From a virus (Duplodnaviria; Caudoviricetes), in IMG/VR virus record IMGVR_UViG_3300028197_000950, positions 1 through 63,393 of that record: a DNA stretch of 63,393 nt; one strand, written 5' to 3'. Each line of letters starts with the position of its first letter. Within the stretch, counting starts at the first letter, position 1. The position numbers were made by a program, and so were the translations under genes. The notes under the pieces were generated by a model. That model was not told the origin of the DNA. It worked only from the letters and a program-made list of their open reading frames with translations, and did not search any database. Positions 47,768 through 57,080 of the stretch are shown here, piece by piece.

Positions 47768-48164
47768 ACTCCTCTGTTGCATCAAATGACGGGCATGCTT
47801 TGTTAGCAAACTCGTTGTGTGAATAAATAACTGCCCCTGGGTACATTGCCTTAAGTGTTTTAAGCACATGTAAGAGACTATCTTTCTGTTCTTGTGTTCT
47901 TGTATCTTTAGGTGTCTTTCCATCAGCCTCAACGCCACCGCAATAGCAAATCCCTATTGAGTTTCGATTGTGACCTTTGCAATGAGCTCCTATTTTATCA
48001 ATATCACGACCTTTGTTTATCGTTCCGTCTAAATCAATATAAAAATGATAACCTATATTGTTCCAGCCTTTAGCTAAGTGCCAGTCTCTAATAGTATCTA
48101 CAGAAATCTGCTGTCCTTCTCTAGTTGCGGAACAATGTATTATAATCTCTTTTACTAATCTCAT
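47754..48164 (-). CDS. Endolysin, N-acetylmuramoyl-L-alanine amidase (T7 lysozyme-like)
   Basis: IIIHCSAT, GW..IGYH, GAHCKGHN.NSIGIC, H....KACPSF. Confidence 0.92.
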   Translation of the reverse strand: MRLVKEIIIHCSATREGQQISVDTIRDWHLAKGWNNIGYHFYIDLDGTINKGRDIDKIGAHCKGHNRNSIGICYCGGVEADGKTPKDTRTQEQKDSLLHVLKTLKAMYPGAVIYSHNEFANKACPSFDATEEYENI

Positions 48165-48589
48165 TTCTGTGGAGTTTCTGGATCTTCTCTAACTCCTAAT
48201 TTTGGAGCAAATCTTGCACTTTTGTTTTTTATAGCCTCTGCTTTTTGCTCAGGACTCATTTTCTTGTGAGTTTGCCCTCTGTCTATTTTTTTTTGTGCTC
48301 TTTTTTCGCTTAGTGAAGCTCCCATTGGTATTGGTTGAGTATTTGCTTGTGGAAATAATACAGTACTCATAGGATTACCTTGATTTACTTGGTTTATTCC
48401 ATTTACTTTAGTTTCTTCAAAAGTTGGCCTAGCTGATCCAGTTCCATTAGAATAAGGATTTTGGTTCACCTGACCCGGCATTGGTTGAGTAGGCAACATA
48501 CCTGGAACTTGATTTTGTATTTGAGCATTTTGAACTTGTTCAGCTGTTTCAGCAGCTTGTTCAACCTTTTTGTCTAGATTATTGATCAT
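48161..48589 (-). CDS. Low-complexity Gln/Pro-rich protein
   Basis: ORF in operon. Confidence 0.55.
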   Translation of the reverse strand: MINNLDKKVEQAAETAEQVQNAQIQNQVPGMLPTQPMPGQVNQNPYSNGTGSARPTFEETKVNGINQVNQGNPMSTVLFPQANTQPIPMGASLSEKRAQKKIDRGQTHKKMSPEQKAEAIKNKSARFAPKLGVREDPETPQK

Positions 48590-48747
48590 TTTATCTTCTT
48601 TTTATGCAATAATAACCATTTATGTACGGTGTACCCTATAGTTAAAGTTAATAATAATATTTCTAACATCGGCTCTACCCAGTTTAATGCGGCTAAAGCA
48701 AATGAAGATGCATTTAGTAAATACAGCTTCATATCTTCCATATCCAT
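48586..48747 (-). CDS. Small membrane protein (53 aa), possible holin, not in ORF track
   Basis: Hydrophobic core with basic tail HKKKIK; coupled start and stop. Confidence 0.6.
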   Translation of the reverse strand: MDMEDMKLYLLNASSFALAALNWVEPMLEILLLTLTIGYTVHKWLLLHKKKIK

Positions 48748-48917
48748 TATCTATTTGCGTTTAACACTGCGTTTCCTTTATAAGGAATATTGTCTATAGT
48801 TCCTATCATAGGTGATATAGTTGAGTTATTACTTTTCATAACTCTAGTACCTACTATAGGCTTAGCAGTGTTTAATACTTTTCCCGCTGGTGGTTGTTTT
48901 TCTCCGTAACTTGGCAT
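48747..48917 (-). CDS. Small protein (56 aa) MPSYGEKQ..., not in ORF track
   Basis: TAATG-coupled; fills the gap in the operon. Confidence 0.55.
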   Translation of the reverse strand: MPSYGEKQPPAGKVLNTAKPIVGTRVMKSNNSTISPMIGTIDNIPYKGNAVLNANR

Positions 48918-48922
48918 AATTT

Positions 48923-50107
48923 TTATTTTTTTAATTTTACTTGTTTACCTAAATTTAAAGAGCCAGATGTTGTTGGGCTTTTTTGTGTAGGATCTATTTT
49001 TATGTTTTGAGCAATTGCACTCATTTTATCTGTATTAGCTTTTACTTGAGCAGATAATTTGCTACCTGATATAGGTTTGTTAGTATTTATTTGACTTAAT
49101 GATTTTCTTTCTTTTTTAACTGCGTTTACAGCTTTTCTTCTTTTAACAGCGTCAATTCCTGAATCTAATAAAAACTTACCTATTAAACCTACACTACCTG
49201 GATTAACACTTACTCCTCCTATATTTAGATTAGACCCTTGATTGTTTTGCAAATTATGCATCATTTTTACAAAATTTGTTTTTGGAGCTCTTTTGTTACT
49301 AGTAGCCTCAGACGAGAATCCTTTATTACTTTTGTCTTCAGACGCATAACTAGCTCCTGAAGGATTACTATAAGAACTTTGTCTATCTTGAGCAGGAAAA
49401 GATTGAGGTTGCTCTTCTTCTGGAGTCGAATCTGTAACACCTAGTTGAGGATTAATTTCTTGTTCTACTCCTGAGCTTTCGTTTTTAGCTTGTTGTTTTT
49501 GAATTAAATTAGAAGTTTGATTAATAGCCATTTCACCAGCTTTAGCTTTTAAATCACCTGCGTCTTTACCTGTTATATCAGCAGCTTTGTCAAAGCCTTT
49601 ATCTATTTTTCCTTGTGCTTTTTCAGCAAATGATTTAGTTTTTTCTATAGCTTTACCTAGCTTCTGGTGTTTAGAAGAGAATTTTGCTAATTTTTGAGCT
49701 TTAGCAACACTTTTTTGACCAGCTTGACCAAGTTTCTGAATCTGAGGCATTGTATTTTGAGTTAGCTTAACAGCACCTTTTGTAGTGGCCTTAGTTGTTG
49801 TTGCAGCTGTTTTGGTAGCTTTTGCTGTAGTACTTACTGCTTTAGTTGCTTTTGCTGTAGTACTTACTGCTTTAGTTGCTTTAGCTGCTTTTGCTGCTTT
49901 AGCCGCTGTCATAGCTACTTTGGTTGCTTTAGCTGCTTTTGCTGCTTTAGCGGCAGTTGCTGCTATTTTTACTGCTTTAGCTGCTTTAGCTGCTTTTGCA
50001 GCTACTACTCCCATTTTTATAAGCTTAGCAGCACCTATTATAGCTGATATAGGTTCTGAAGCGCCATCATTATGTATAGGAGTATTTTTAGGTTGTTTAT
50101 AAGCCAT
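48923..50107 (-). CDS. Ala/Lys-repeat (histone H1-like composition) protein
   Basis: AAK/ATK repeats, including a 30-nt duplication near 49818-49877. Confidence 0.65.
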   Translation of the reverse strand: MAYKQPKNTPIHNDGASEPISAIIGAAKLIKMGVVAAKAAKAAKAVKIAATAAKAAKAAKATKVAMTAAKAAKAAKATKAVSTTAKATKAVSTTAKATKTAATTTKATTKGAVKLTQNTMPQIQKLGQAGQKSVAKAQKLAKFSSKHQKLGKAIEKTKSFAEKAQGKIDKGFDKAADITGKDAGDLKAKAGEMAINQTSNLIQKQQAKNESSGVEQEINPQLGVTDSTPEEEQPQSFPAQDRQSSYSNPSGASYASEDKSNKGFSSEATSNKRAPKTNFVKMMHNLQNNQGSNLNIGGVSVNPGSVGLIGKFLLDSGIDAVKRRKAVNAVKKERKSLSQINTNKPISGSKLSAQVKANTDKMSAIAQNIKIDPTQKSPTTSGSLNLGKQVKLKK

Positions 50108-50108
50108 A

Positions 50109-50543
50109 TTATCTTGTTTTGTCTTTGTTAACGTAATCTATTGATTTAGTAATTACTTTATAACTATATCTATTACTTTTTTCTAATTTAGTTGTAGGCA
50201 TATCTTCTTCACCTAGCATAATACGGTACATGCGACTTATCAGCTGTTTGCACTTATACGAAACTTTATATATATGATATTTTTGAGTGGTGTGGTTTCT
50301 TTTCCGCCACACTGTAATCCACCCTTGTTTCAATAATCTGTTCCAGCGCCTGTTATCCCAGCTGAATGAGTACGTACCTTTTATAAAATCATTTTTATTA
50401 AACATACCTACAGCATCTAAGTAAATTAGTAGCTCTAAGTCCGCATCGTTTAATTCATTAGTTTTACAAGCCCATTTTCTAATTATTCTATAATGTTTAA
50501 GTAAACCTAGCTCTTTTATATCGCTAGATGTTAACTTTCTCAT
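50109..50543 (-). CDS. Winged-helix-like protein
   Basis: LNDADLELLIYL...RLLKQGWI...YKVSYKCK pattern. Confidence 0.55.
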   Translation of the reverse strand: MRKLTSSDIKELGLLKHYRIIRKWACKTNELNDADLELLIYLDAVGMFNKNDFIKGTYSFSWDNRRWNRLLKQGWITVWRKRNHTTQKYHIYKVSYKCKQLISRMYRIMLGEEDMPTTKLEKSNRYSYKVITKSIDYVNKDKTR

Positions 50544-50800
50544 AACACAATAACTATATCAAATTCTTTAATGACCTTATATTGTTCTTTTTCTATTTCG
50601 ATGTTGAAGCCAGACGACTTATCATAGTAAACTTCGTCGCCTGGTACTATACCTTCAACAAGGGTACCGACTGCTACAACCGTAGCCTTTCGGTACCTTA
50701 TATCTTCTCTTTGCTTTTCAGCTAAGATTAAACCACCCTTAGTGGTTACATCAGTTTCTTTAATTGGATTAACAACTACATACTTACCTATTGCTTTCAT
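50540..50800 (-). CDS. groES: Co-chaperonin GroES
   Basis: TKGGLIL mobile loop, ATVVAVG, PGDEV; coupled to groEL. Confidence 0.88.
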   Translation of the reverse strand: MKAIGKYVVVNPIKETDVTTKGGLILAEKQREDIRYRKATVVAVGTLVEGIVPGDEVYYDKSSGFNIEIEKEQYKVIKEFDIVIVL

Positions 50801-52347
50801 GCTCGTACATTATTTATTACACAATCAGTGGATAATATAGTAGTAGCTACTGAAGCCGCGTTAAGTAATGCACTTTTAGTTACTAGCAAAGGATCAATAA
50901 TTCCGGCTTTTACCATATTAACCGTTTTTCCTGTAACCACATCTAATCCTATACCTTCTTCTCTAACAGAAACATTATCACTGTCTATACCAGCATTTTT
51001 AAGTATCAATTTATAAGGCTCTTTAATAGCACAGTAAAGTACTTCTTCGCCTATTGACATTGGTTTTAATTGCTGTGCAGCGTTTAATAAAGCTATACCG
51101 CCTCCTGGCACTATACCTTCTTTTATCGCAGCTTTTGTAGCACAAATAGCATCTTCTACTCTATCTCTTTTTTCTTTTAACTCTATTTCAGAATTAGCCC
51201 CAACTTTAACTGTAGCAACTTTAGCTTTTAATTTAGCTAAACGTCTTTCTAATCTAATAACTACATTAGGGTTTTTAGTTTCTTTAACCTGTTTCTCTAA
51301 TAAAGTAATAACTTCTTTAACTTCGCTATTATCAGATAAATCAACTTTTAAAATAGTTTCTTCATTATCTGAAACAGATTTTAAGCAAGTTCCTAGATGT
51401 TCTGGTTCTATAATATCCATATCATCACCTAAGTCTTCGTTAATAAGTGTAGCACCAGTAACTGCGCATAAATCATTTAGAGTATCCTTCTTACTAATAC
51501 CATAAACCGGCGCATCTATAATGTTAACCTTTATGTTTCCTTTTACTTTATTCATTGAAAGTGCTGAAACTACTTGCGGGTCAACATCTGCTATTATGAG
51601 CAAACTTTTACCTTTCTTTATCACATATTCAAGAACTGACTGAATCTTCCGCACGTTGGGTATTACTGATTCTACTATGAGAACCAACGGATTTTCAAGT
51701 TCAGCCGTGCCCTTTTCCTTGTTGGTAATAAAATGGTTATTTTTCAAGGGCTGATCATATTGCACGCCTTCTACTAGCTCAACTATAGTCTCTGGCTGTT
51801 CGTTTGTTTCCATCATAACAACACCTGTTTCGTCTACTAATCTAAACGCTTCTCCTATGATCTTCCCAAGCTCTTTGTCATTGTTGGCTGATATTGTAGC
51901 CACTTGATCAATCTTTTTACCTTTTACTTTATTTGATTTTTTATTTAAATAAGCTATAACTTTTTTAACACCTGAGTCAATACCTTCTTTTAATTCTCTT
52001 GAGGTATCTAGCTCGCTATGTTTGTAAGCTTCATCTAAAATAGCTTTTGCTAATACTGTAGCAGTTGTAGTACCGTCACCTGCGTCTGATACTGTTCTTT
52101 GTGCTGCTTGTTTTATTAACGTAGCTCCAATATTTTCTAAAGAATCTTGTAATGTAACTGCATTAGCTACTGTTACTCCATCTTTTGTTATTTGTGGCAT
52201 ACCATTAGCATCTTCTAATATAACACATTTACCACTTGCTCCTAGAGTTGAACCTACTGCATTAGTAAGTTTTTCAACTCCAGTTAATATCTGACTTCTG
52301 GCACCATCACCAAAAGCCAGATTTTTAACTAACTTTAATTCTTGCAT
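50797..52347 (-). CDS. groEL: Chaperonin GroEL
   Basis: ITKDGVTVA, AGDGTTTATVLA, EGIVPGGG and GIIDP. Confidence 0.95.
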   Translation of the reverse strand: MQELKLVKNLAFGDGARSQILTGVEKLTNAVGSTLGASGKCVILEDANGMPQITKDGVTVANAVTLQDSLENIGATLIKQAAQRTVSDAGDGTTTATVLAKAILDEAYKHSELDTSRELKEGIDSGVKKVIAYLNKKSNKVKGKKIDQVATISANNDKELGKIIGEAFRLVDETGVVMMETNEQPETIVELVEGVQYDQPLKNNHFITNKEKGTAELENPLVLIVESVIPNVRKIQSVLEYVIKKGKSLLIIADVDPQVVSALSMNKVKGNIKVNIIDAPVYGISKKDTLNDLCAVTGATLINEDLGDDMDIIEPEHLGTCLKSVSDNEETILKVDLSDNSEVKEVITLLEKQVKETKNPNVVIRLERRLAKLKAKVATVKVGANSEIELKEKRDRVEDAICATKAAIKEGIVPGGGIALLNAAQQLKPMSIGEEVLYCAIKEPYKLILKNAGIDSDNVSVREEGIGLDVVTGKTVNMVKAGIIDPLLVTKSALLNAASVATTILSTDCVINNVRA

Positions 52348-52379
52348 TTAATTTAATTTGATATAATTGATTTTGAATA

Positions 52380-52673
52380 TTACTCGAAGGTTTTAATTAC
52401 TTTCGGTCCTTTGGTAAACTCTAGTTTTCTAGCATAATGTTCAATAGAAGCATCTATTGCTTGCTCTGCTCCAGCTATTGTTTCTCTTCTGGTTACGTCA
52501 ACCCATAATTCCGAGTCTTCCATACTGTTATATTCGGTTTGTAAAAATCCATTAGGTAATTGAACTATTCTCCAGTTTTTCTTCTGTGAAATATGTTTCC
52601 AGTATTTAATGGTTTCTTCTGTTGGTTGTGGTGCACTAGACCACGTATTAGTGCGGGTATATAAAAACGTCAT
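52380..52673 (-). CDS. Hypothetical protein
   Basis: First ORF after a class B motif. Confidence 0.6.
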   Translation of the reverse strand: MTFLYTRTNTWSSAPQPTEETIKYWKHISQKKNWRIVQLPNGFLQTEYNSMEDSELWVDVTRRETIAGAEQAIDASIEHYARKLEFTKGPKVIKTFE

Positions 52674-52711
52674 TGTATTTGGTTTTAAGTTAAACGTTGG
52701 TTATTTATATT

Positions 52712-52736
52712 ATCACTTGATAATTCGGTTATTTAA
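52712..52736 (-). promoter_or_regulatory. Class B promoter motif TTAAAT-N14-GTGAT upstream of the chaperonin operon
   Basis: Intergenic, with the same spacer. Confidence 0.55.
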
Positions 52737-52741
52737 TTTTT

Positions 52742-54562
52742 TTATGGATTTATTAAAGTATTACTTATTACATAGTAACTAGTTCCGTTCCAAAATACAG
52801 TTGCAGCTCTATAAACTGCTACTGCAGCATCTGAATACTGTAAAGTTGCTATAACAGCTCCTGAAAATTTTATCCTAACAAAACTGGTTACAAAGCTAGG
52901 GTCAACCACAAAAGTAATAAGCCTGTTTGCTGTTAAGCCCCCTGGTAGTCTTAACTCTGCATCCCCAGTAGCTCCACTCCATGTTAATATTTCTAAACTA
53001 CCTATGGTTGAAGGAAGATTTACAGCTTGGCCATCTACTAATCCTCTAGTGTTAGGAGTCATAAAGCTTGGTAAAGCACTTATTTGAGCTGGTGTTATTT
53101 GATTAAAATTACCTATAGCACTAGTTGTTAAAAGATTGAATGTATCTGTTAATGTTTGTGCAAAGTTAATTGAACCATATTCACCAGCCTTTAGTTGACC
53201 TGTGTTTAATGCTTCAAAAATGTTTTTTCTAGCATTATCAGCAGTACCTGCTCCAACAACAAACTTAGCATTATCCTTAGACTCATTCCATCTACCTACT
53301 GCCACTTGATTGTTACCAGCTACAATTAGATTAGAACCAAAGGCCATTCCGGCAGAACCAGTACCTGATATTGAATTATTAAAACCTCCTAAAATAGCAG
53401 CATTAAAAGCTCCTGTTGTTATAGTGTTATTTCTACCACCAATTATCATACCATAGTTAGCACCATTAGTATTTCCTATTCCACCTAATATAGCACTGTA
53501 TTTACCTTCAGTAGAATTTCTTGCACCAACACTTGAATCTGCAGTATCATAAGATCCTATAATAGTTGAATATGAGTTTGCAGTTCCACCACTTCCTACT
53601 GCTGTTCCTCCGGTTGTTCCAATTGCAATAGATCCTGTTAAAGCAGTTGATGATCCAGAGTTTTGATTTGCAACTCTACCTATTGCTATATTACTTCCAG
53701 CACTAACTGTTGAATTAAAAACAGATGTGCCTATTAATATATCATCAGCCAATGTACCACTAGTAGCTTGGCCTGCGCTTTCTCCTATTACAACTGAGTT
53801 TTTAGCAGAAGTAGCTGTTGAAGATATTAAAGAACTTGCTCCTATTACTACAGACTCATCAGCATCGCCTGTAAAAGCTTTACCAGCCCATCTACCTATA
53901 GCTACAGCATTTAATAAAGTTGTTTTTAAATCATATATTGATTGCCCTATAGCAACATTGTTCTTACCAGTAACTAAATCACCTAAACAATCAAACCCCA
54001 TTGCTATATTAGAAACAGTATCTCCTCTAACTCCAGTTAAAGAAAATAAAGCTTTCTTGCCAAGAGCTATATTATTACCACCTAGAGTTAATGATCCTAA
54101 CGTATCTACTCCAATACCTACATTATTAGTACCTCCAGTTGCTATAGTTAATGACTGATAACCTATTGCTACGTTTTCACCAGATGTTTCAGCACCTGAT
54201 CCAGTTAAGCCCTTTATAAAACTTTTTAAAGACTCATCACCTATAGCTACATTGTTTTGATTTATAGTAGCATTTACTAATGCCCCAGAATTAGTACCTA
54301 TTAAAACAGATCCTCTGGTTCCAATTTGAGAAACTCCGCCACCGCTAGATGTTTGTAAAAAAGAAGAGTTGCCAAGTGTATTGGCTGACATCCATAATGG
54401 TATTCTACCTATCGCACCACCACCAAACACACCAGATGTTAAACTCTGTATATTAGATATTTTAACTGTTTTTGTTTTATTACTATCTTCTTTGTCAGAT
54501 ATTAATAATAAATCATTGGCAGTTGGGTTGGTTTTTACTGGATAAGTATATATTATAGCCAT
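52742..54562 (-). CDS. Tail fibre/adhesin with YadA-head-like NxAIG repeats
   Basis: NVAIG/NIALG repeats at about 14-residue spacing; N-terminus MAIIYTYP. Confidence 0.75.
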   Translation of the reverse strand: MAIIYTYPVKTNPTANDLLLISDKEDSNKTKTVKISNIQSLTSGVFGGGAIGRIPLWMSANTLGNSSFLQTSSGGGVSQIGTRGSVLIGTNSGALVNATINQNNVAIGDESLKSFIKGLTGSGAETSGENVAIGYQSLTIATGGTNNVGIGVDTLGSLTLGGNNIALGKKALFSLTGVRGDTVSNIAMGFDCLGDLVTGKNNVAIGQSIYDLKTTLLNAVAIGRWAGKAFTGDADESVVIGASSLISSTATSAKNSVVIGESAGQATSGTLADDILIGTSVFNSTVSAGSNIAIGRVANQNSGSSTALTGSIAIGTTGGTAVGSGGTANSYSTIIGSYDTADSSVGARNSTEGKYSAILGGIGNTNGANYGMIIGGRNNTITTGAFNAAILGGFNNSISGTGSAGMAFGSNLIVAGNNQVAVGRWNESKDNAKFVVGAGTADNARKNIFEALNTGQLKAGEYGSINFAQTLTDTFNLLTTSAIGNFNQITPAQISALPSFMTPNTRGLVDGQAVNLPSTIGSLEILTWSGATGDAELRLPGGLTANRLITFVVDPSFVTSFVRIKFSGAVIATLQYSDAAVAVYRAATVFWNGTSYYVISNTLINP

Positions 54563-54570
54563 ATGTAATT

Positions 54571-54990
54571 TTATTTTAGTTCCTCAGGTTCTGCAACTAC
54601 TGCCCCATCTGTGCCTCTAGGACCAGAAACTATAGTTACTTTTCCCCATGCAAAATCTGTTCCTGTACCGCTTGAAACCCATAGACCTTTTTCTATACCA
54701 CTATTTAAACCTAACTCCCAATACATAGCTCCTCCAGTACGAGCGCCACCATTTGCTGTTGGCCTACCGTCTGAATAAGGTATTTGCATAAAGTTAGTTG
54801 TTGTTTTACTAGAATCCACAGCGTCATTATCAGTGCCTTGGCCAATTAATACTGTGTTTTCAGTAAATTTTGGACTTCCTTGACTGCCATACAATTCTGT
54901 AAAATTATCATTACACATTGTGAATGCCTCGTCTAAAGGTGTTCCGCTAGGATTATTTTTTGGTGTTGAAATTATAGTTTTTTGTGCCAT
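54571..54990 (-). CDS. Putative fibre/baseplate-associated protein
   Basis: G.PL.EAF..CNDNFTELY N-terminal motif typical of fibre anchors. Confidence 0.55.
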   Translation of the reverse strand: MAQKTIISTPKNNPSGTPLDEAFTMCNDNFTELYGSQGSPKFTENTVLIGQGTDNDAVDSSKTTTNFMQIPYSDGRPTANGGARTGGAMYWELGLNSGIEKGLWVSSGTGTDFAWGKVTIVSGPRGTDGAVVAEPEELK

Positions 54991-55022
54991 TTTTATTTAT
55001 TTATATTTTTTTTAAATTTTTT

Positions 55023-55844
55023 TTATACAGTTGCACCTGACGCTAGAGGACTACCTGCTGATGCTAGTGGTAAGCCTGAAGCTGCATTACCAGCAAAACT
55101 TCCTCCACCGCCACCTGAGTTATCCGCCCATTCCATAATTGCATTACTCCCGTTAATAGAAGCTATAGCTAGAACTTGACCAACTTGACCAATTACTGCT
55201 GGTAATACTATTGTATAATCATTAGTTGATCCTTGACTCAAAGGTCCAGATATTCCAATATAACCGTCATTAGAGTCATTTCCAAATCTTATTCTTCCTG
55301 CAGCTGGGGTAGCAGCCGTCCATGCTTTAACTAAAATTCCATCTGGATCAGTTCTAAGTTTTTCATTATCATTAGCACCTGGACCTCCATTGTAATATAA
55401 AGATATACTACCAGCCGTAGTCCCACCGGAAGATGTTTTAAGCCTTATAGTTCCATCGGTTTTTATAGTTGTATTATAAGGTGTTATTCTAAAAGACTCT
55501 TGATCATCGCTTTCAGTATACACTAGAAATGATGAGGTATCATTAAATCCAAAAAAATTATTATTGTCTCCATCATGCTTTATAAACCTAGGTATTAATA
55601 CGTCTAAGCCTCCTTGATCTTTTATTATAGAATCAGTTAAAGTAGAACCGTCACTTGACCACTTAGGTATTGTGCCAGCTGTGCCAGTACCCGTGACATT
55701 ATCTACGGGTAATATAGCATCTCTAATAGAACTTACACTAGTTTTCTTTGTTTTCTTTTTTGGGTCTACAGTTTCACTATCTGTTATTACAACTGTATCT
55801 GCCAGTGCCGCGGCTTTAAATGGATAACTGTAGATTATTGCCAT
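55023..55844 (-). CDS. Tail fibre-like protein
   Basis: N-terminus MAIIYSYP shared with 52742-54562; Gly/Thr-rich. Confidence 0.65.
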   Translation of the reverse strand: MAIIYSYPFKAAALADTVVITDSETVDPKKKTKKTSVSSIRDAILPVDNVTGTGTAGTIPKWSSDGSTLTDSIIKDQGGLDVLIPRFIKHDGDNNNFFGFNDTSSFLVYTESDDQESFRITPYNTTIKTDGTIRLKTSSGGTTAGSISLYYNGGPGANDNEKLRTDPDGILVKAWTAATPAAGRIRFGNDSNDGYIGISGPLSQGSTNDYTIVLPAVIGQVGQVLAIASINGSNAIMEWADNSGGGGGSFAGNAASGLPLASAGSPLASGATV

Positions 55845-55854
55845 AATTTATTTA

Positions 55855-56361
55855 TTAAGTTTTAGATTTTTTCTTACTCATATCAATAACAATAGCCTTT
55901 GCAGTTGGTTTACCTTTTTTAGCAGGAACTAGTTTACCAGCGGTTTTCATTGCTTTCTTGGTAGGAATAAGTTTTTCGCCTCTTTTCATTGCTTTTTTAG
56001 CAGGAATAAGCTTTTCACCTCTTCTCATTGCTTTCATTTCAGGCTTACCATCTAAATAAAGATTTTCAGTTATACCGCCTTGATTTTTAAGAGCACCAGG
56101 GCTAGCTACAACGTGAGGTCTTAAAGGAGATTTTCTAACAACAGGAGATATTCTACCTTCATCAACTTGAAGTCCTGAAACCTTACTATTGTTTGCATCT
56201 CTATAATTTTGTCCTGAACCAGTATATTGTGGATTTTGATTTGAATTAGCAGCGGCGTTAATAGTCTTAGTGCCTAAATTAGTCATTGATCTATTTGTCT
56301 TTCCACCAGGAGTAAAACCATTTCTTTGGCTAGCTCCGTATCTGTTAGTCTTTAAGCTCAT
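55855..56361 (-). CDS. Basic low-complexity protein with three 13-aa repeats
   Basis: MKAMRRGEKLIPA / KKAMKRGEKLIPT / KKAMKTAGKLVPA. Confidence 0.6.
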   Translation of the reverse strand: MSLKTNRYGASQRNGFTPGGKTNRSMTNLGTKTINAAANSNQNPQYTGSGQNYRDANNSKVSGLQVDEGRISPVVRKSPLRPHVVASPGALKNQGGITENLYLDGKPEMKAMRRGEKLIPAKKAMKRGEKLIPTKKAMKTAGKLVPAKKGKPTAKAIVIDMSKKKSKT

Positions 56362-56987
56362 TATTTAAAGCCTTTCATGTGCTTCATAATAGAATGTCTA
56401 CCTCTAGCATCGTGCTTAGCATCTTTCTTTAAAGCATGTGCATGATCAAAGTCATTCTTAGCATTAGCCATCTTTCCATGTGCAGCTTCATATCTTCCAT
56501 CAAACTTTAATTTCTTCTCGTGAGAGTAATCATCCATCGATGCTTCTTTATCTTGGTATGCGTTCATAGAAGACCCGTGCTTTTTGCCATACATAGAAGG
56601 TCCAGCTATATCAGCCATCATATCCATTTGGCCTGCAGCAAATTCTCTACCTATTATAGCAGCTTCTTTGTTTTTACCAGATTGTCCTTTTCCGTACTTT
56701 CTTTTTTTAGCTCTTTTAGCTCTTCTTCTTTCTTGACCCTTAGTTGCAGATGCTCCATGCATTGACATTCCATCGGATGTAGCTTTAGTTTCTGCTGGTG
56801 TTGCTGATTTAGCAGCTTTTCCAGCTTCTGCAGCGGCTTGTGCAGCTTTACCTGCGCCTTTTTTACCCATCTCTCCTCCAGCTTTTTCTCCTTTTTTCTT
56901 ACGTTTTTTTAATTTAATTTTAGATCCAAGTTTTTTTAGTGAATCTTTAAACTTTCCTGAAGCTCCGTCTTCTTTATTTTTCATCAT
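56361..56987 (-). CDS. Lys/Ala/His-rich protein with GAS-like motifs; first late gene
   Basis: ORF downstream of a class B motif. Confidence 0.6.
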   Translation of the reverse strand: MMKNKEDGASGKFKDSLKKLGSKIKLKKRKKKGEKAGGEMGKKGAGKAAQAAAEAGKAAKSATPAETKATSDGMSMHGASATKGQERRRAKRAKKRKYGKGQSGKNKEAAIIGREFAAGQMDMMADIAGPSMYGKKHGSSMNAYQDKEASMDDYSHEKKLKFDGRYEAAHGKMANAKNDFDHAHALKKDAKHDARGRHSIMKHMKGFK

Positions 56988-57034
56988 GATTTTATTTTTT
57001 TTAATATTTTTAAGTAATTACCTTAATATAAGAG

Positions 57035-57059
57035 ATTACACAGTAAACTTAATATTTAC
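57035..57059 (-). promoter_or_regulatory. Class B promoter motif GTAAAT-N14-GTAAT heading the late arm
   Basis: 48 nt upstream of the ATG at 56987. Confidence 0.6.
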
Positions 57060-57080
57060 ATATATAGTGATTAATAAAAA

